Positions 46,687 to 58,000 of a stretch of DNA of 64,000 bases are shown here, piece after piece (the stretch's first letter is position 1; each line of letters begins with the position of its first letter). A program made the position numbers and the translations under genes. Under the pieces are notes generated by a model. The model was not told the origin of the DNA, searched no databases, and worked only from the letters and a program-made list of their open reading frames with translations. Origin of the DNA: an uncultured Pseudobdellovibrionaceae bacterium (lineage in GTDB: Bacteria > Bdellovibrionota > Bdellovibrionia > Bdellovibrionales > JAGQZY01); NCBI GenBank assembly GCA_964588335.1, contig CAZPOV010000003.1, forward strand, positions 148,125 through 212,124, read 5' to 3'.

Positions 46687-47710
46687 AAAACGCGCCGTAG
46701 TCATTTGCCCCGGTCGAGGCTCTTACACCAAAGAAAACTTGGGCACCCTAAAAGATCGATCAAGTATCAAGCAAGACCTGCAACTGATTGACGAAGAGCG
46801 AGTCAAAAGAGATTACCCAACGATCAGTGATCTCGACAGTTCGGATAAGTTTAAAGTGTCTTTGCACACCAAAGGCGAGCACGCCTCACCTTTGATTTAT
46901 ACCTGTGCCAAGGCCGACTTTTTAGAAATCGATAGAGAAAAGATCGACGTGGTGGCGATGGCTGGCAATTCCATGGGTTGGTACCTGACTCTGGCTTTTG
47001 CTGGCGCCCTTAACCCCTATGACTCTTACCATCTGATTCAAACCATGGGCTCTATGATGGAAAAGGAACTGATCGGCGGCCAAGTGATTTACCCCATCAT
47101 CGATGAAAATTGGCAACGTGATCCCGTCAAAATCGAGCAAGTTGAAGATCTGCTGATAGACATTAACAGCACTCCCGATGCCCAGGTCTACACCTCCATT
47201 CACCTCGGTGGCTACAAGGTCTTGGCGGGTAATAAAAAAGGCGTGGCTCTGCTATTAGAGAAACTGCCTAAAATCGACCCTTACCCCTTTCAGCTTGTGA
47301 ATCACGGCGCTTTCCACACGCCTCTGCTAAAAGAAATCTCTGAAATTGCTGAACACTCTCTGTACAAAATTAAATTTGAAAACCCCAAGATTCCTATGAT
47401 TGATGGTCGTGGTCATATTTGGCCCACTTACGCCAGCAACTCGAAACAGCTCTATGAGTACACTCTGGGCCACCAAGTCACTGAAACTTACGATTTTTCA
47501 AAATCAATTGAAGTGGCGATAAAGGAGTTTGCGCCTGACCTTTTGATTCTTCTTGGCCCAGGCAATTCTTTGGGGGGAAGTATCGGACAAATACTGATTG
47601 AACATCAGTGGTTGGGAATCAATGATAAAGCGACCTTTCAAAATCGTCAGGCCGAAAATCCATTTCTTATTTCGATGGGGGTCAGCGACCAACGGGCGTT
47701 GGTCACCTGA
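46679..47710 (+). CDS. FabD-like acyltransferase (AT-fold, GxSxG)
   Basis: VICPGRGSY (compare FPGQGSQ), AGNSMGWY (GxSxG nucleophile elbow) and NHGAFHTPLL (compare SxPFHSxLM). It overlaps the E1 gene by 8 nt. Confidence 0.65.
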   Translation: MSKKRAVVICPGRGSYTKENLGTLKDRSSIKQDLQLIDEERVKRDYPTISDLDSSDKFKVSLHTKGEHASPLIYTCAKADFLEIDREKIDVVAMAGNSMGWYLTLAFAGALNPYDSYHLIQTMGSMMEKELIGGQVIYPIIDENWQRDPVKIEQVEDLLIDINSTPDAQVYTSIHLGGYKVLAGNKKGVALLLEKLPKIDPYPFQLVNHGAFHTPLLKEISEIAEHSLYKIKFENPKIPMIDGRGHIWPTYASNSKQLYEYTLGHQVTETYDFSKSIEVAIKEFAPDLLILLGPGNSLGGSIGQILIEHQWLGINDKATFQNRQAENPFLISMGVSDQRALVT

Positions 47711-47727
47711 TAGACTTGCAAGGCGCC

Positions 47728-50700
47728 TTACTGTTCTAAAAAGTAAGGGCCCCAGTTTTGCTGTTGACGCTGATAAAACCTTTCAGTGTTGATTTGAAAC
47801 TGGTTCATTTCATTCTGAAATTGATAAACACTTTGAGTTAATGGCTTAAACTCAAAAAGATCATCTTGCAGACTGACTTTGAGCTGAGAAGGGTTTTCTG
47901 GATAATAATCAAGAAACAAAGCCTCGGCATTCTCGTAAAGCTGATGAGCTGCATCCAATTGTAAATTCAAATCCTTTTTCGCTTGCACAAACTGCTGATC
48001 TAAAATTTCTTTATCAAATTTAAAAAGAAACAGTCCACGCCGAGTACGGGCCTCAAAAAATTCTTGAGCTCGAAAAAAGTAGGTTTTCCAAAAATCGCCA
48101 TCGCGATCATAGGACGGGGACACAGCGGCTCGAACCAAGTTGCGAGAGGTCGCATGAAAATTAAGGGAAACATAATAATCATTAATAAAATTACGTCCAA
48201 GATAAGGGGACGTCACCATCTCCAACGGCAAATCTAAAAATCCTTTCAGTCGACTGAATGGGATTGGCTTTTCGGTTTCATTGATCACCGCAAAGGCTTT
48301 GCTCTGTTGATGGCCTATTCCGGTATCGAACAGCAATTGAATACCCATGTTCTGTTTATGGAGAAAGTCCGTCTCCTTAATCGCCTCAAGATAGGTCTGC
48401 TCAGCTTGATCAATCTGCACCAGATTAAAACTCTGATGCATAGCTCGGGCTAAATCTTCAAGTGCCACTTTCTCTTCGATCAAACAGTCTTCAGAAAGGG
48501 GACGGTTAAGTTCTTGGCATTGTGGCTTGTCGTAGTTGGCAATTTTGTAGCCATTGAAAAAATACCGTTGAACCAAATGATCCAAGCGACCTTTTTCATA
48601 ACTTTCAAGATTTTCGACGTTCGACGAGTAATGGATCACCTCTTCTTTATCCCAAGCTGTGTAGAGTTCTCGTTTGGGAGAAAAGCTGAATTGATCAGAG
48701 GCTTGGGCCACGGCCTCAAGCGCAATCGCCGCCGCTGTCATATTGGGACGGTAGTGGACTACCGAGTCCGGAGCCTCGCGGTACGGAAAATCGGGGCTAT
48801 TGAGAGCATCAATAGGCATCTGTATGGTGAGACTACGACCGACGACGGCCGGAATCTCAAGATCAATAGCTTCATTCTGGTTGTACCTTAAACCGGTTGT
48901 CAGATAACGACGCACTCGGTTCATGTAGCTTTGTTTGGTAAACTTATAAAAAACCTGATCACCACTTTCAGACTTCACAATCCGAGAATCGTAATGCGAA
49001 CTGCGACCATTGACTTCAAAAAGAATATCATTGGCTTCATCGACGGTGAGTTCCGATTGATAAACCGCTTTTAAAAGAGGATAGACGGCTTTCATAAAGT
49101 ATTGCTTTTCACTTAAAACCACGGCTTTGGCTCGGCGTCGAGACTCATTGATTGAAACATACATGCAGTCATCAAAGATTTTTCCGTAAAAAGCCTGTTG
49201 TCCAAGATAGGATCGCACTCGATTATCAAGACTTTGAAAATAACGGGCTGTCGACTCAAGAGGAACTCTTGAAAACTCAGAATTCTGACGTTGCAGTTTT
49301 TGATAAGCCTTCATCACCTGATCAAAATATCCCATGATCGGAAGCACTTCTTGCCGAATTCGCGAGGTCACTGTTAAAGGTGAAGTATGAGTGAAATCCG
49401 CCGGATCAATCATAATAGAATCAAACTGAGAGCTTCGAAATTCATCACTATAGAAAAAGTTTGTATAAAACCGGTCCGAGATCTTTCGGTTCTCGAAGAA
49501 ATCTTTACTAAAACCCAAAAGATACTTGTCGAGATCGAAATACCGGATCAGCTCAGGTTGGTATTGATCCTTTTTAATTCCCTCACACCAACGAGCCCAA
49601 CGTCGCGACAGACTGTCTGGCGAATGATAAAGGTCACGCTGCATCTCCTGCACTGTCGAAATTAATATTTCTCTTTCGATCACTAAGTCTTTGAATAAAG
49701 TGAGAATAAAATCATCAGGATCAAAACCGTAAGATTTATAAACATTACCGGCAAAAAAGTAGTAAAAACTATCGACAATTTCGTGACGAAATAGACTGAC
49801 TTTGTTTTTTAAGGCACCAGAACCAATTCCATCTTCCGATTTTAAAAAATCGAACCATAAGCCACGGTAGGCACCAGCAAAGAACAGCTCGACAATAAGA
49901 TCGGCATTAACATCAAAAACACCAAGAAGCTTATCTTTCCACTCCGAGCGAACCATCTCGTACATGAAGGCCATCATATTTGGGTAAATCACTGTCTTCA
50001 TGACATTACGATCGATACTGCTAAAAAACTCTGCGATTTCATTGATTTGTTGCGAAGAAAGGGCTGTCGATTGCGCTTCAAGAAGATTTTGTAAAGCTTC
50101 GACACGACCGGTGTGAAATTCGACCCAATCAGGACGAAGAGTGTTTGCATAATCTTTCGAAGCCTTAACATGTTGAGCCGACTTGGTGGCCTGACTGTTG
50201 TAAAACGCTGCAATTTTCTCATTGGTATCGACTGCCATAATAGCTAAATCCCAACGGATTAAAACTTTACTGTAGTCGATGAGTCGGTCCAATGACTCGG
50301 TTTTGTTTGGAAAACTACGGATTAATAAGTTGGCCTGAGTGATCGACATTTCTTTGAAATAGACTGAAAACAGAACATGGTACTCCCATGGAGCGATTTC
50401 AAACATCTTTTGTATGTTGATATCTTTATAAGCCGGGTACTCAGAAAGATCCTTTTTACTGGCAATCATTTCTTGCCAATAGGCTTGCGCGTAGCGATCA
50501 AAACTGTCTCGAATCTCAGGATTCTCGTTGGCGTAAATCGAAATAAAAGGCGTTAAGAAGTTTTTAAGATCACGGTCCACCAAGGATGATTCCGACGATG
50601 CCTGTTGCCAAGGCGCCAAACGTATGAAATAGCGGCGTTGAAACTCTGAAGGGTTCTGCCAGTCCATCAGCTGAAAAGCCGCGATCACGTTGTGTGAGTG

Positions 50701-51387
50701 TCGTGCTTTTTCTGGAATATCGATATTTTGGTCCACCATAGAGAAAAAAGTTTCAATATAAAGTTGCGACAGATTGTCTTTTTGCCGACGGTTACCAACC
50801 TCGTAGGCAACACCAATCAATTTCAATTTACTTTCTAGATTGTCTTCGTTTTCAATAAAATAAATGACTATATCAACCAAGGAACTGGCCTGTGGAAGAC
50901 TTTCGCGCAGGTATGTACAGGTGTTGATACTGTCATCAGTACAAGGCGTGATGAAGCGCTCACGAAACAACGCCAATGATTTTTCAAACTCTGAACGAAA
51001 AGTGTCGTCGTTTGAGGTTTTGAATTTGACAAATAGGTCACGGTACAAGTTGAGGTAACCAGCATAAGGTCGACTTCCATATTGCGACTTGTCTTTTGAC
51101 CCCGGTCCAAACAACGCCAATTGGAGGCGCTCTAAAGCCAACACCCAACTCTCGATGGATTCAGATTCAATCAAAGCCTGAATTTGTAGATGATCGGGGC
51201 CATATTGCACAGACACTTCGCCGGCAGGGGATTGAGGTTCAACTCGGGTATTGGCCAAATCCTCATCCACGACTTTCTGGTGACGCGGCAGCTCCTTATC
51301 GGTGCAAGCGACGCCCCCAAAAACAAGGGCCAGTGCTAAAGTGCTTTGATAAAATGCTTTTACCCAATCGGTCTTAATCATTAACAA
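47728..51387 (-). CDS. 1219-aa orphan lipoprotein, paralog of the upstream 1234-aa gene
   Basis: Lipobox FGGVAC. I recognise no motif in it. A shared block with 51374..55078 is IYPNMMAFMYEMVRSEW...LIVELFFAGAYRGLWFDF versus AYPSMYPMLVAMTKNEL...LISLFFSGSFSPWFSY. The start overlaps the upstream gene by 14 nt. Confidence 0.7.
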   Translation of the reverse strand: MLMIKTDWVKAFYQSTLALALVFGGVACTDKELPRHQKVVDEDLANTRVEPQSPAGEVSVQYGPDHLQIQALIESESIESWVLALERLQLALFGPGSKDKSQYGSRPYAGYLNLYRDLFVKFKTSNDDTFRSEFEKSLALFRERFITPCTDDSINTCTYLRESLPQASSLVDIVIYFIENEDNLESKLKLIGVAYEVGNRRQKDNLSQLYIETFFSMVDQNIDIPEKARHSHNVIAAFQLMDWQNPSEFQRRYFIRLAPWQQASSESSLVDRDLKNFLTPFISIYANENPEIRDSFDRYAQAYWQEMIASKKDLSEYPAYKDINIQKMFEIAPWEYHVLFSVYFKEMSITQANLLIRSFPNKTESLDRLIDYSKVLIRWDLAIMAVDTNEKIAAFYNSQATKSAQHVKASKDYANTLRPDWVEFHTGRVEALQNLLEAQSTALSSQQINEIAEFFSSIDRNVMKTVIYPNMMAFMYEMVRSEWKDKLLGVFDVNADLIVELFFAGAYRGLWFDFLKSEDGIGSGALKNKVSLFRHEIVDSFYYFFAGNVYKSYGFDPDDFILTLFKDLVIEREILISTVQEMQRDLYHSPDSLSRRWARWCEGIKKDQYQPELIRYFDLDKYLLGFSKDFFENRKISDRFYTNFFYSDEFRSSQFDSIMIDPADFTHTSPLTVTSRIRQEVLPIMGYFDQVMKAYQKLQRQNSEFSRVPLESTARYFQSLDNRVRSYLGQQAFYGKIFDDCMYVSINESRRRAKAVVLSEKQYFMKAVYPLLKAVYQSELTVDEANDILFEVNGRSSHYDSRIVKSESGDQVFYKFTKQSYMNRVRRYLTTGLRYNQNEAIDLEIPAVVGRSLTIQMPIDALNSPDFPYREAPDSVVHYRPNMTAAAIALEAVAQASDQFSFSPKRELYTAWDKEEVIHYSSNVENLESYEKGRLDHLVQRYFFNGYKIANYDKPQCQELNRPLSEDCLIEEKVALEDLARAMHQSFNLVQIDQAEQTYLEAIKETDFLHKQNMGIQLLFDTGIGHQQSKAFAVINETEKPIPFSRLKGFLDLPLEMVTSPYLGRNFINDYYVSLNFHATSRNLVRAAVSPSYDRDGDFWKTYFFRAQEFFEARTRRGLFLFKFDKEILDQQFVQAKKDLNLQLDAAHQLYENAEALFLDYYPENPSQLKVSLQDDLFEFKPLTQSVYQFQNEMNQFQINTERFYQRQQQNWGPYFLEQ

Positions 51388-54300
51388 CTTCTTTTATTTC
51401 ATTAAGGTGCGAATTGATGTCAGAACGGTAATAGAATTTAAAATTCCTATTCATGTCACCGACAAATGTTTCAAATTTACCAAACTGAAACTCACTAACA
51501 ACCGGATCAATGGCATTGTCACTGGCATCACTGGCTCCAATAGGGAAACAACGATCATTTTCATAACAGTAAGTTCCTGCTTCAATGGTTGGGGCCATGA
51601 TCTTAGCCTCAATCAGGAAGCGTTTCACTGATTTAAAATAGTCGCTAATCCACAACTTGTGATCATTATCAAACAGTCCATAAATCTCCTCTTTGTTGTA
51701 AGGAAAGATAAAATAAGCCTTTTCCAAGTCATCTTCAGTGGATGTGAAGCGCGACAGACGATCTTGAAACCAAACACCCTCTTCACTGCGCACGCTACTG
51801 TCGGAAAAGACCTTTTTAAAGATCAAATCAAAGTAGGAGAACAACTGGTGATTGTTCTGTCTTTTAATAATATTCTCGTACTCCGTTCGGGTGTATTTTT
51901 TCACCTTACCAAGAGTCGTGAAAACAAATTTGTCGACAGGATCGTAATGCATGTAATCGATCATATCTTTATAATGATTGATCACTTCCGCAGGATGAAT
52001 GGATCGACAGTCCTGAGCCTGCTCTGGATTGTCACAATTAACATCATCAGCGACAGGAAGATCATTCAGTTTAAAGATTCCCGTAATTGTACTCCCTTTA
52101 CGTTCTATAAGACGCATATCCGGTGCACCAGATGACCATCTGAAAACTTTGGCAAACTCAAGTAAACCCTGCTTGATAAAATCACTTTTTGCGGTTTCTT
52201 TGTCTTTGCCCGTCCAATCAAATCGGACTCGCCATTTGTCGGACTTTTGAAACAGGCCATCTTCGATGTTGTCAAAACGACGGGGATATGAAAATTGGTA
52301 CTGACCAGCAAAAGGCTCTTCGCTCAAATAGCTAACTAAACGGGCATAATAATCCGATTTGTACATAACCAATTCCAAAGCCGTCATCTGTGAATAACCA
52401 TGATTGTCTCTAAAATCATCAGGCAGATGGGTGTTCTGATTGGCGTAGGTGAAGACCTCTTTACGAATATCCTCAATGGACGCCAATTGTTCTTGGCTCA
52501 GATTCTGTCTCTCTTCATCGGTCATCTGACCCACAGAGGCATACATTTTCTCAAAAAGATCTTCGAGAAACTGGGCTTCCTTGAAAAATAAAGCATAACG
52601 AACATCTCGTTCACGTTTAAGGAACGGAAGTTCACAGGATTGCCCGTTGACCTTTAATTCATCGTGCATTTCAAAAAACAAATCCGTGTACTCATGCTTT
52701 AAATCATTAAACTTTTTAAACTGCTCATCAATGATCTGCTCTAAAGACTCCTCACCTTCAACAGCGATATCATTGTCCTGGGCGTAACGTTTGTACATTT
52801 CAACCAACATCTTGACTTTGGTGTTATTCAAAACGTAGCCACTTTGAAAACGTTCAAAAGTCGTATTAACGTCATGAGAATAGACATCTTCGAAGTACTT
52901 ATAAGCACTATCACTGACATGATCCGAGTTCTGCGGATAAACCACACTTTGTCCAAGCTCAATAAAATCGATATCGTTTTTTCCCTGTCGACGAGGCAGT
53001 AGGTTCTGATTGAATCCTGTTACAATATCAAAATTACCGCTCTCTACGTTTTCGACGAGACTGCGACGTTCACGCTCTTGTAAACGTATTTCCTCGGCAC
53101 ACATCGATTTTAGATTTTCTATTTTCGACTGATAACTACCACGCACACGTTTTAGGTTGGTGAGCTTTATTTCGAGATTCTTTTCATTTTCCTCAATAAA
53201 TTTTGCCACAATGATGCGAAAAAATTCTTTTGCATCAAACTGCATTTTCGAGTTGTTTTTATAACTGCTCAAAGTCTGGGTCACAATGGTGTAATAAAAC
53301 GCCACCATCAGCTCAGTTTCGTCCAAAGCGACGGTGTTTCCACCGTATGAAAACCAAGGGCTAAAGGAACCAGAAAAGAAAAGACTGATCAGTGTATTAT
53401 GGTCGATGGTACCGAACCAGAAAGACTTTTTCAGCTCATTCTTTGTCATAGCCACCAACATCGGATACATCGACGGGTAGGCGGCCAAATATTTGATATT
53501 TAACTTAATAGCACGCACCAAAGTTCGAAACTCATCACGCGCTCGACGATTCTGAAAATCCGAATCAGGAACCACACGGTTGATAAAATCCAATAAATAG
53601 GTGGCTCTCAGATTGATTTTCTCCCAAGACAGGGTCAAAAAGTCAGCCTCTTGCTTGGTTTGCTGCAAAAGTGTGATCAAACCACCACTGTCATTGTTCT
53701 CATAAAACTTGTTCATTCTTGCATTGGTAAAAACGATGTTATAAACCAACTGCATTTTGATCAAATGAGTGGCGGCTTCGATCAATCGTTCACTGTTACG
53801 ATTTGAGTTTTCCCAAAACGAATCCGAATCAGAAATATAATAATGCTCATAAAATATTTGATGAGTCAGATAAAAGTACTCGTCATACTGAAAGTTCACA
53901 TCACCCATCATCGATCCTAGGATATTCTTACTCTCAGATCCAAACTTCATGACCTGGGGATTGGCCTCTAATTCGGCTTCAACCAGTTCATCGCGCTCCG
54001 GACTAAAAACCGTTGCTTCAGAAGCATCACTCCATGCGCCGTTGATATTGCTTTTCTGGAACTCAATTCCGTACTCGAAGTCTGATCCAATTCGATATTT
54101 AAGGTCCTCGATGGCCTCTTGCATTGAATTGGAAAGACTGGTTTTTTGGGCGTCCGAATAAAGAAATTTCTCGGAGGCTATTTTCAATAACTCGGGCATC
54201 GACTGCGATATTTCATCACTGGAACTCCGACTCATAGTCCATGGGTTCAGTTGTTCAACAATCGAGATATAGCTGTCATTACTGGCAAAATCCAAAGAAT

Positions 54301-55078
54301 CCAGTTTCAAAATCGTCGCAAACAATTGGTTGTCAAGCTGTCGACGAGTGGTTGAAAGCTCACCTTTTTGACGCAACTCAAAGCTCTCTAAAATCCGAGA
54401 CATGAGCATCAATCTTAACGTCGTATCCAAACGACGATTCTTCAGATCAAAAGTGGCTCGTAAAATACGTGTTTTTTCAGCCTCAACCGACTCATTATCG
54501 TAAATTATTTGCATGACTTTTGAAATATTGGGGGAGTCTGCATTCCTAAAAAAGTTTATGAGCTTGCAAGACCCAACAAGATTTTCATCACAGTCCCACA
54601 GAATAATATTCTTATAGGCCGGTAAGATATTGGTTGTAGTTAAAATCTCTTTATTACTGCCGTAAACCATAATCAGGGCTTGGTCAAAAAGACTGACCAG
54701 CTGATAACTCAGTTTTCGTCGATTTTCATCCATTACATTGCGAAAATCAGGGTTCAGCATGTTGTCCATATCGAAAAGAACTTCTTTCAGCGGTATGATG
54801 ACCTTCGTCATCAGCATATTGGGGTCCCGCTGTTCTTTGTGTTTCTCAAGCTCAGAGTTTACGAAGGGGCGAGTTTGTCGAATAAGCAGTTCCAATTGGC
54901 TTACCATGTCTTGATTCTGTAGACGTAGAGATTCGCTCTCTTCAACCAGATAATCGCCATCAGTCATCATTCGCTTCCGGGAGGAAGACTCAGGACTACA
55001 AGCGACTAGCAAAAGAGCGGTGACTAGCAGAGTGGTTCGCAATAGATCTTTAAGTGTCATCGTGTTCCTCATTGTCAT
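51374..55078 (-). CDS. 1234-aa orphan lipoprotein, paralog of 47728..51387
   Basis: Lipobox LLLVAC. The start is 3 nt after the metalloprotease stop. There is no HExxH motif. Confidence 0.7.
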   Translation of the reverse strand: MTMRNTMTLKDLLRTTLLVTALLLVACSPESSSRKRMMTDGDYLVEESESLRLQNQDMVSQLELLIRQTRPFVNSELEKHKEQRDPNMLMTKVIIPLKEVLFDMDNMLNPDFRNVMDENRRKLSYQLVSLFDQALIMVYGSNKEILTTTNILPAYKNIILWDCDENLVGSCKLINFFRNADSPNISKVMQIIYDNESVEAEKTRILRATFDLKNRRLDTTLRLMLMSRILESFELRQKGELSTTRRQLDNQLFATILKLDSLDFASNDSYISIVEQLNPWTMSRSSSDEISQSMPELLKIASEKFLYSDAQKTSLSNSMQEAIEDLKYRIGSDFEYGIEFQKSNINGAWSDASEATVFSPERDELVEAELEANPQVMKFGSESKNILGSMMGDVNFQYDEYFYLTHQIFYEHYYISDSDSFWENSNRNSERLIEAATHLIKMQLVYNIVFTNARMNKFYENNDSGGLITLLQQTKQEADFLTLSWEKINLRATYLLDFINRVVPDSDFQNRRARDEFRTLVRAIKLNIKYLAAYPSMYPMLVAMTKNELKKSFWFGTIDHNTLISLFFSGSFSPWFSYGGNTVALDETELMVAFYYTIVTQTLSSYKNNSKMQFDAKEFFRIIVAKFIEENEKNLEIKLTNLKRVRGSYQSKIENLKSMCAEEIRLQERERRSLVENVESGNFDIVTGFNQNLLPRRQGKNDIDFIELGQSVVYPQNSDHVSDSAYKYFEDVYSHDVNTTFERFQSGYVLNNTKVKMLVEMYKRYAQDNDIAVEGEESLEQIIDEQFKKFNDLKHEYTDLFFEMHDELKVNGQSCELPFLKRERDVRYALFFKEAQFLEDLFEKMYASVGQMTDEERQNLSQEQLASIEDIRKEVFTYANQNTHLPDDFRDNHGYSQMTALELVMYKSDYYARLVSYLSEEPFAGQYQFSYPRRFDNIEDGLFQKSDKWRVRFDWTGKDKETAKSDFIKQGLLEFAKVFRWSSGAPDMRLIERKGSTITGIFKLNDLPVADDVNCDNPEQAQDCRSIHPAEVINHYKDMIDYMHYDPVDKFVFTTLGKVKKYTRTEYENIIKRQNNHQLFSYFDLIFKKVFSDSSVRSEEGVWFQDRLSRFTSTEDDLEKAYFIFPYNKEEIYGLFDNDHKLWISDYFKSVKRFLIEAKIMAPTIEAGTYCYENDRCFPIGASDASDNAIDPVVSEFQFGKFETFVGDMNRNFKFYYRSDINSHLNEIKEVVND

Positions 55079-55081
55079 CTC

Positions 55082-58000
55082 CTATTCCAAATACTGGAAC
55101 ACTTGGGGAAGGATCCATCCGTTTAGAGAAAGAGCTGTAGCACCAATAAGGCCCAGTCCTTTCCGCGATTCAATACACTCTCTTTGGTCTGGTTTTCTAA
55201 CGCCATCCAAACTGTTGTACTTTTCAAATTGTTCGATCACTGAGTTTTCAAATTGCTGCTGCGTTAAACTACTGACAGCGATATTTGATGATGTCGTAAA
55301 TCCGTCGAATTTCTCTTCTTTGATCTCACCCTCCTCATCTGTGGTTCGATTGTTTTTAGTAAAGAAACTGGCTAGACCATTTTCACCACGCATACAATCA
55401 TCCAAGACCTTGTTTGACAGGGTTCGAATAATCGATTTAACGCTAAACCCTTGCAAAGGGTCACCATTTCGAGTTGGCTCGTAAGTCACCTCGACGGCCC
55501 AAATGTAAGCGGTTTTTGGTCCAATAAATCTGAGTTTTGTTAATGGCATAACGATCTGACCGTCTGTTCCACGCACCACGGTGTTTCCGTGCGGCAAGAT
55601 GTAAGCTTCCGGGAGCGTAATCAATCCGTCTTTGGCGCGACTGAATATCTTAGGTGTGAATCCAAAGATGATTGAATCAGAGATCTCTTGATCGACAACA
55701 GCTTCAAATAGAACTGGAGACACACTCACACGAAAGTTGGTCTGACCTTTAACATCATCCAAAAAGATATCATCAAAGCCTCGATGCAAATTGTCTCGAG
55801 TCAGCCAATTGTCTCGTCGCAAAAAGTATGACATGTACAAGTTCGCCAAACTCAACGAGGCTTTATCGCCCAGGTCAACACCTCCAAATGACATGTTGTT
55901 TTCAACCGAAGATTTAACAATATCGGTGTACTCTTCAGGATAGAAGGCATAATAGCTGTAATTACCTTTTTTACCTGAGTATTGAGGCTTGCTCACATTC
56001 CAGTATCCGTATCGCATTGTCGAAGACGGTGAGGTTAGAACGCTGAGTGCGGCCAACTTTAGGGGCAGAATCCCCAAAGTTATATAACGTCCAAAAACCT
56101 TATTGTATTGGGCTCGGGCGTTGGCACCTCGCAATCCTGTTGGAATCACTGAGCCTTCGAAGTCATACTCGGTATGATCATACCCAGGCAGCGAAAGTAA
56201 AGTTTTGGTGTGGTCTAAAGACTTTCGGTTGGCGCGACAAAGCTTATGAAGCTCTGTAAAAGCCACTCCATCAGCATAAAGACTGTTCTCTAAGTCCAAT
56301 TTCTCCTCAGCTGACAGGTCGAGATAGCTTTTGTCTCCAAAACTTCTCATAGCGCCTCGGTATTTATTTAACAGTGTTCTGTTGATCGAGTTGTAATCAC
56401 CGCCGCGGCGTTCGGTTTCGAAAAGTTTACCTGTCGCGGTAGCTGTCGGCTGTAGAACCAGCTTCGCAAAATCTTCTTGGTAGTCATCGCTAGCAAGTAG
56501 GGGATCGACACAGGCTTTAGAAAACTGGACCAAAACGTCACGGTCAGCAATCATCTCGTAGAACACCTTGGCATAGCTCGGTCTGTGAAGATCATCGATC
56601 ATGTCGAAACGCATCTTATCGTAAAATGTTCGATTGTAGTTCATTAAAGCATAAGTGTCGTGCCAAAGCCTCCAGCTCATGTAACTATCGCTACCTCCAG
56701 TGGCTTGCGTGAACGAGTTCATTCTCTTGATAAATGAATCTTTAAATTGATCAAAATTGTCGTCAATAATAGTTGGCGCATCATGACCGCTATCCCAACG
56801 TCGACAATAGGGGTCGGTCGCTAACCAGGCTTCCAAATCTGAACATTGTGGCATATAGCGCACCTGTCGCATCCGCCCTTGGTGTATAATGGTTTTTGGA
56901 ATGCTTCCGTCAATTGGTAGGTCTACCATAACGAAGTCATCTTCTCCAGGCTCAAAAGTCGCGATTTTTTGGTTATAAAGATATTGTAAAACCAGTTCAT
57001 CGTGGCTGCGCAAAGTCACATCCTCTGGTTTCAGTGAAACCTCTGTTTGCCCACTCTGGTAATCCATGACACTGGTATAGTGTTTACCCGAACGAACCCG
57101 TTCACTCATCTCTTGATAAAGAGTTTCAGGAATTGTTCCTCGTTCTGGCAAAATATTTCCTTTAAATTGGTGCCCCATTCCTAGGACATGACCAACCTCA
57201 TGCAACATGACATTTTTGATAACTGAAATAGCCGCTTCTTCACGCTCGGGATAGCCCATTTCTGAAGTTTGCGCCAGCCACTCACCGTAGTGATCGGCGA
57301 TGGTATTATCCCAATCAACATCCATTCGAAGCATGGTTTTGTAGTCAGTAATCAACTGCCTCTTGACCTCTTCAGGATTCTCGTTACTGATAACAGAGTT
57401 TCTTTTTTCCTTCTCAAGGTCGCTATAGACGGCTGAAACGCCAAGCTGGGATTTTTGCATCAAAGACTGTTTGTAGTCCTGTTCTTCTAAACGAAAGTTC
57501 CTAAAATCGGGGAAGACATCCGAGTCCAAATTATTAGGTACGGTTGCAACCACTTCAGAGATCTTTTTATTCACCAATTCTTCTATTTTTGACTGCAGAA
57601 CTTGACTGGCATTTTGACCACTTGCGGTCAATTGCTCTATCACTGACGCCTGTTGGTAATGGGATTGCAGTTGCCCAGCCTCATCTTCAATACCTAGAAC
57701 TCGAACCAGTTCGGTTTGTTCCATCGCACTCGCTTGGCTCGCATTGGCTCCAGCGGCTTCAATTTTCGCCTGCACATGAGTCAATAGCATCGCACGGAAA
57801 GACTCTTTTAATTTACTGTCGTCGGCCAGCTCTTCATGCTGCCCAATCGGACGCATACCCGTAATGTCAGGCATCTCTAACTGATGATTAATGTCCGAGA
57901 AATAGGGTTGATCTTTGATCGATTGAATTCTCTCTAAGACTTCATGAGTGTTTCGGGCCAATGCATCCACTGGCGATTCCGATTCACGATTGACAAGATA

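Noticed and set aside
55020-55484. A 154-aa plus-strand ORF spanning the junction of the metalloprotease and the 1234-aa gene.
   Set aside because: It is antisense to two strongly supported, tightly coupled genes, with low-complexity Ser/Phe-rich composition.
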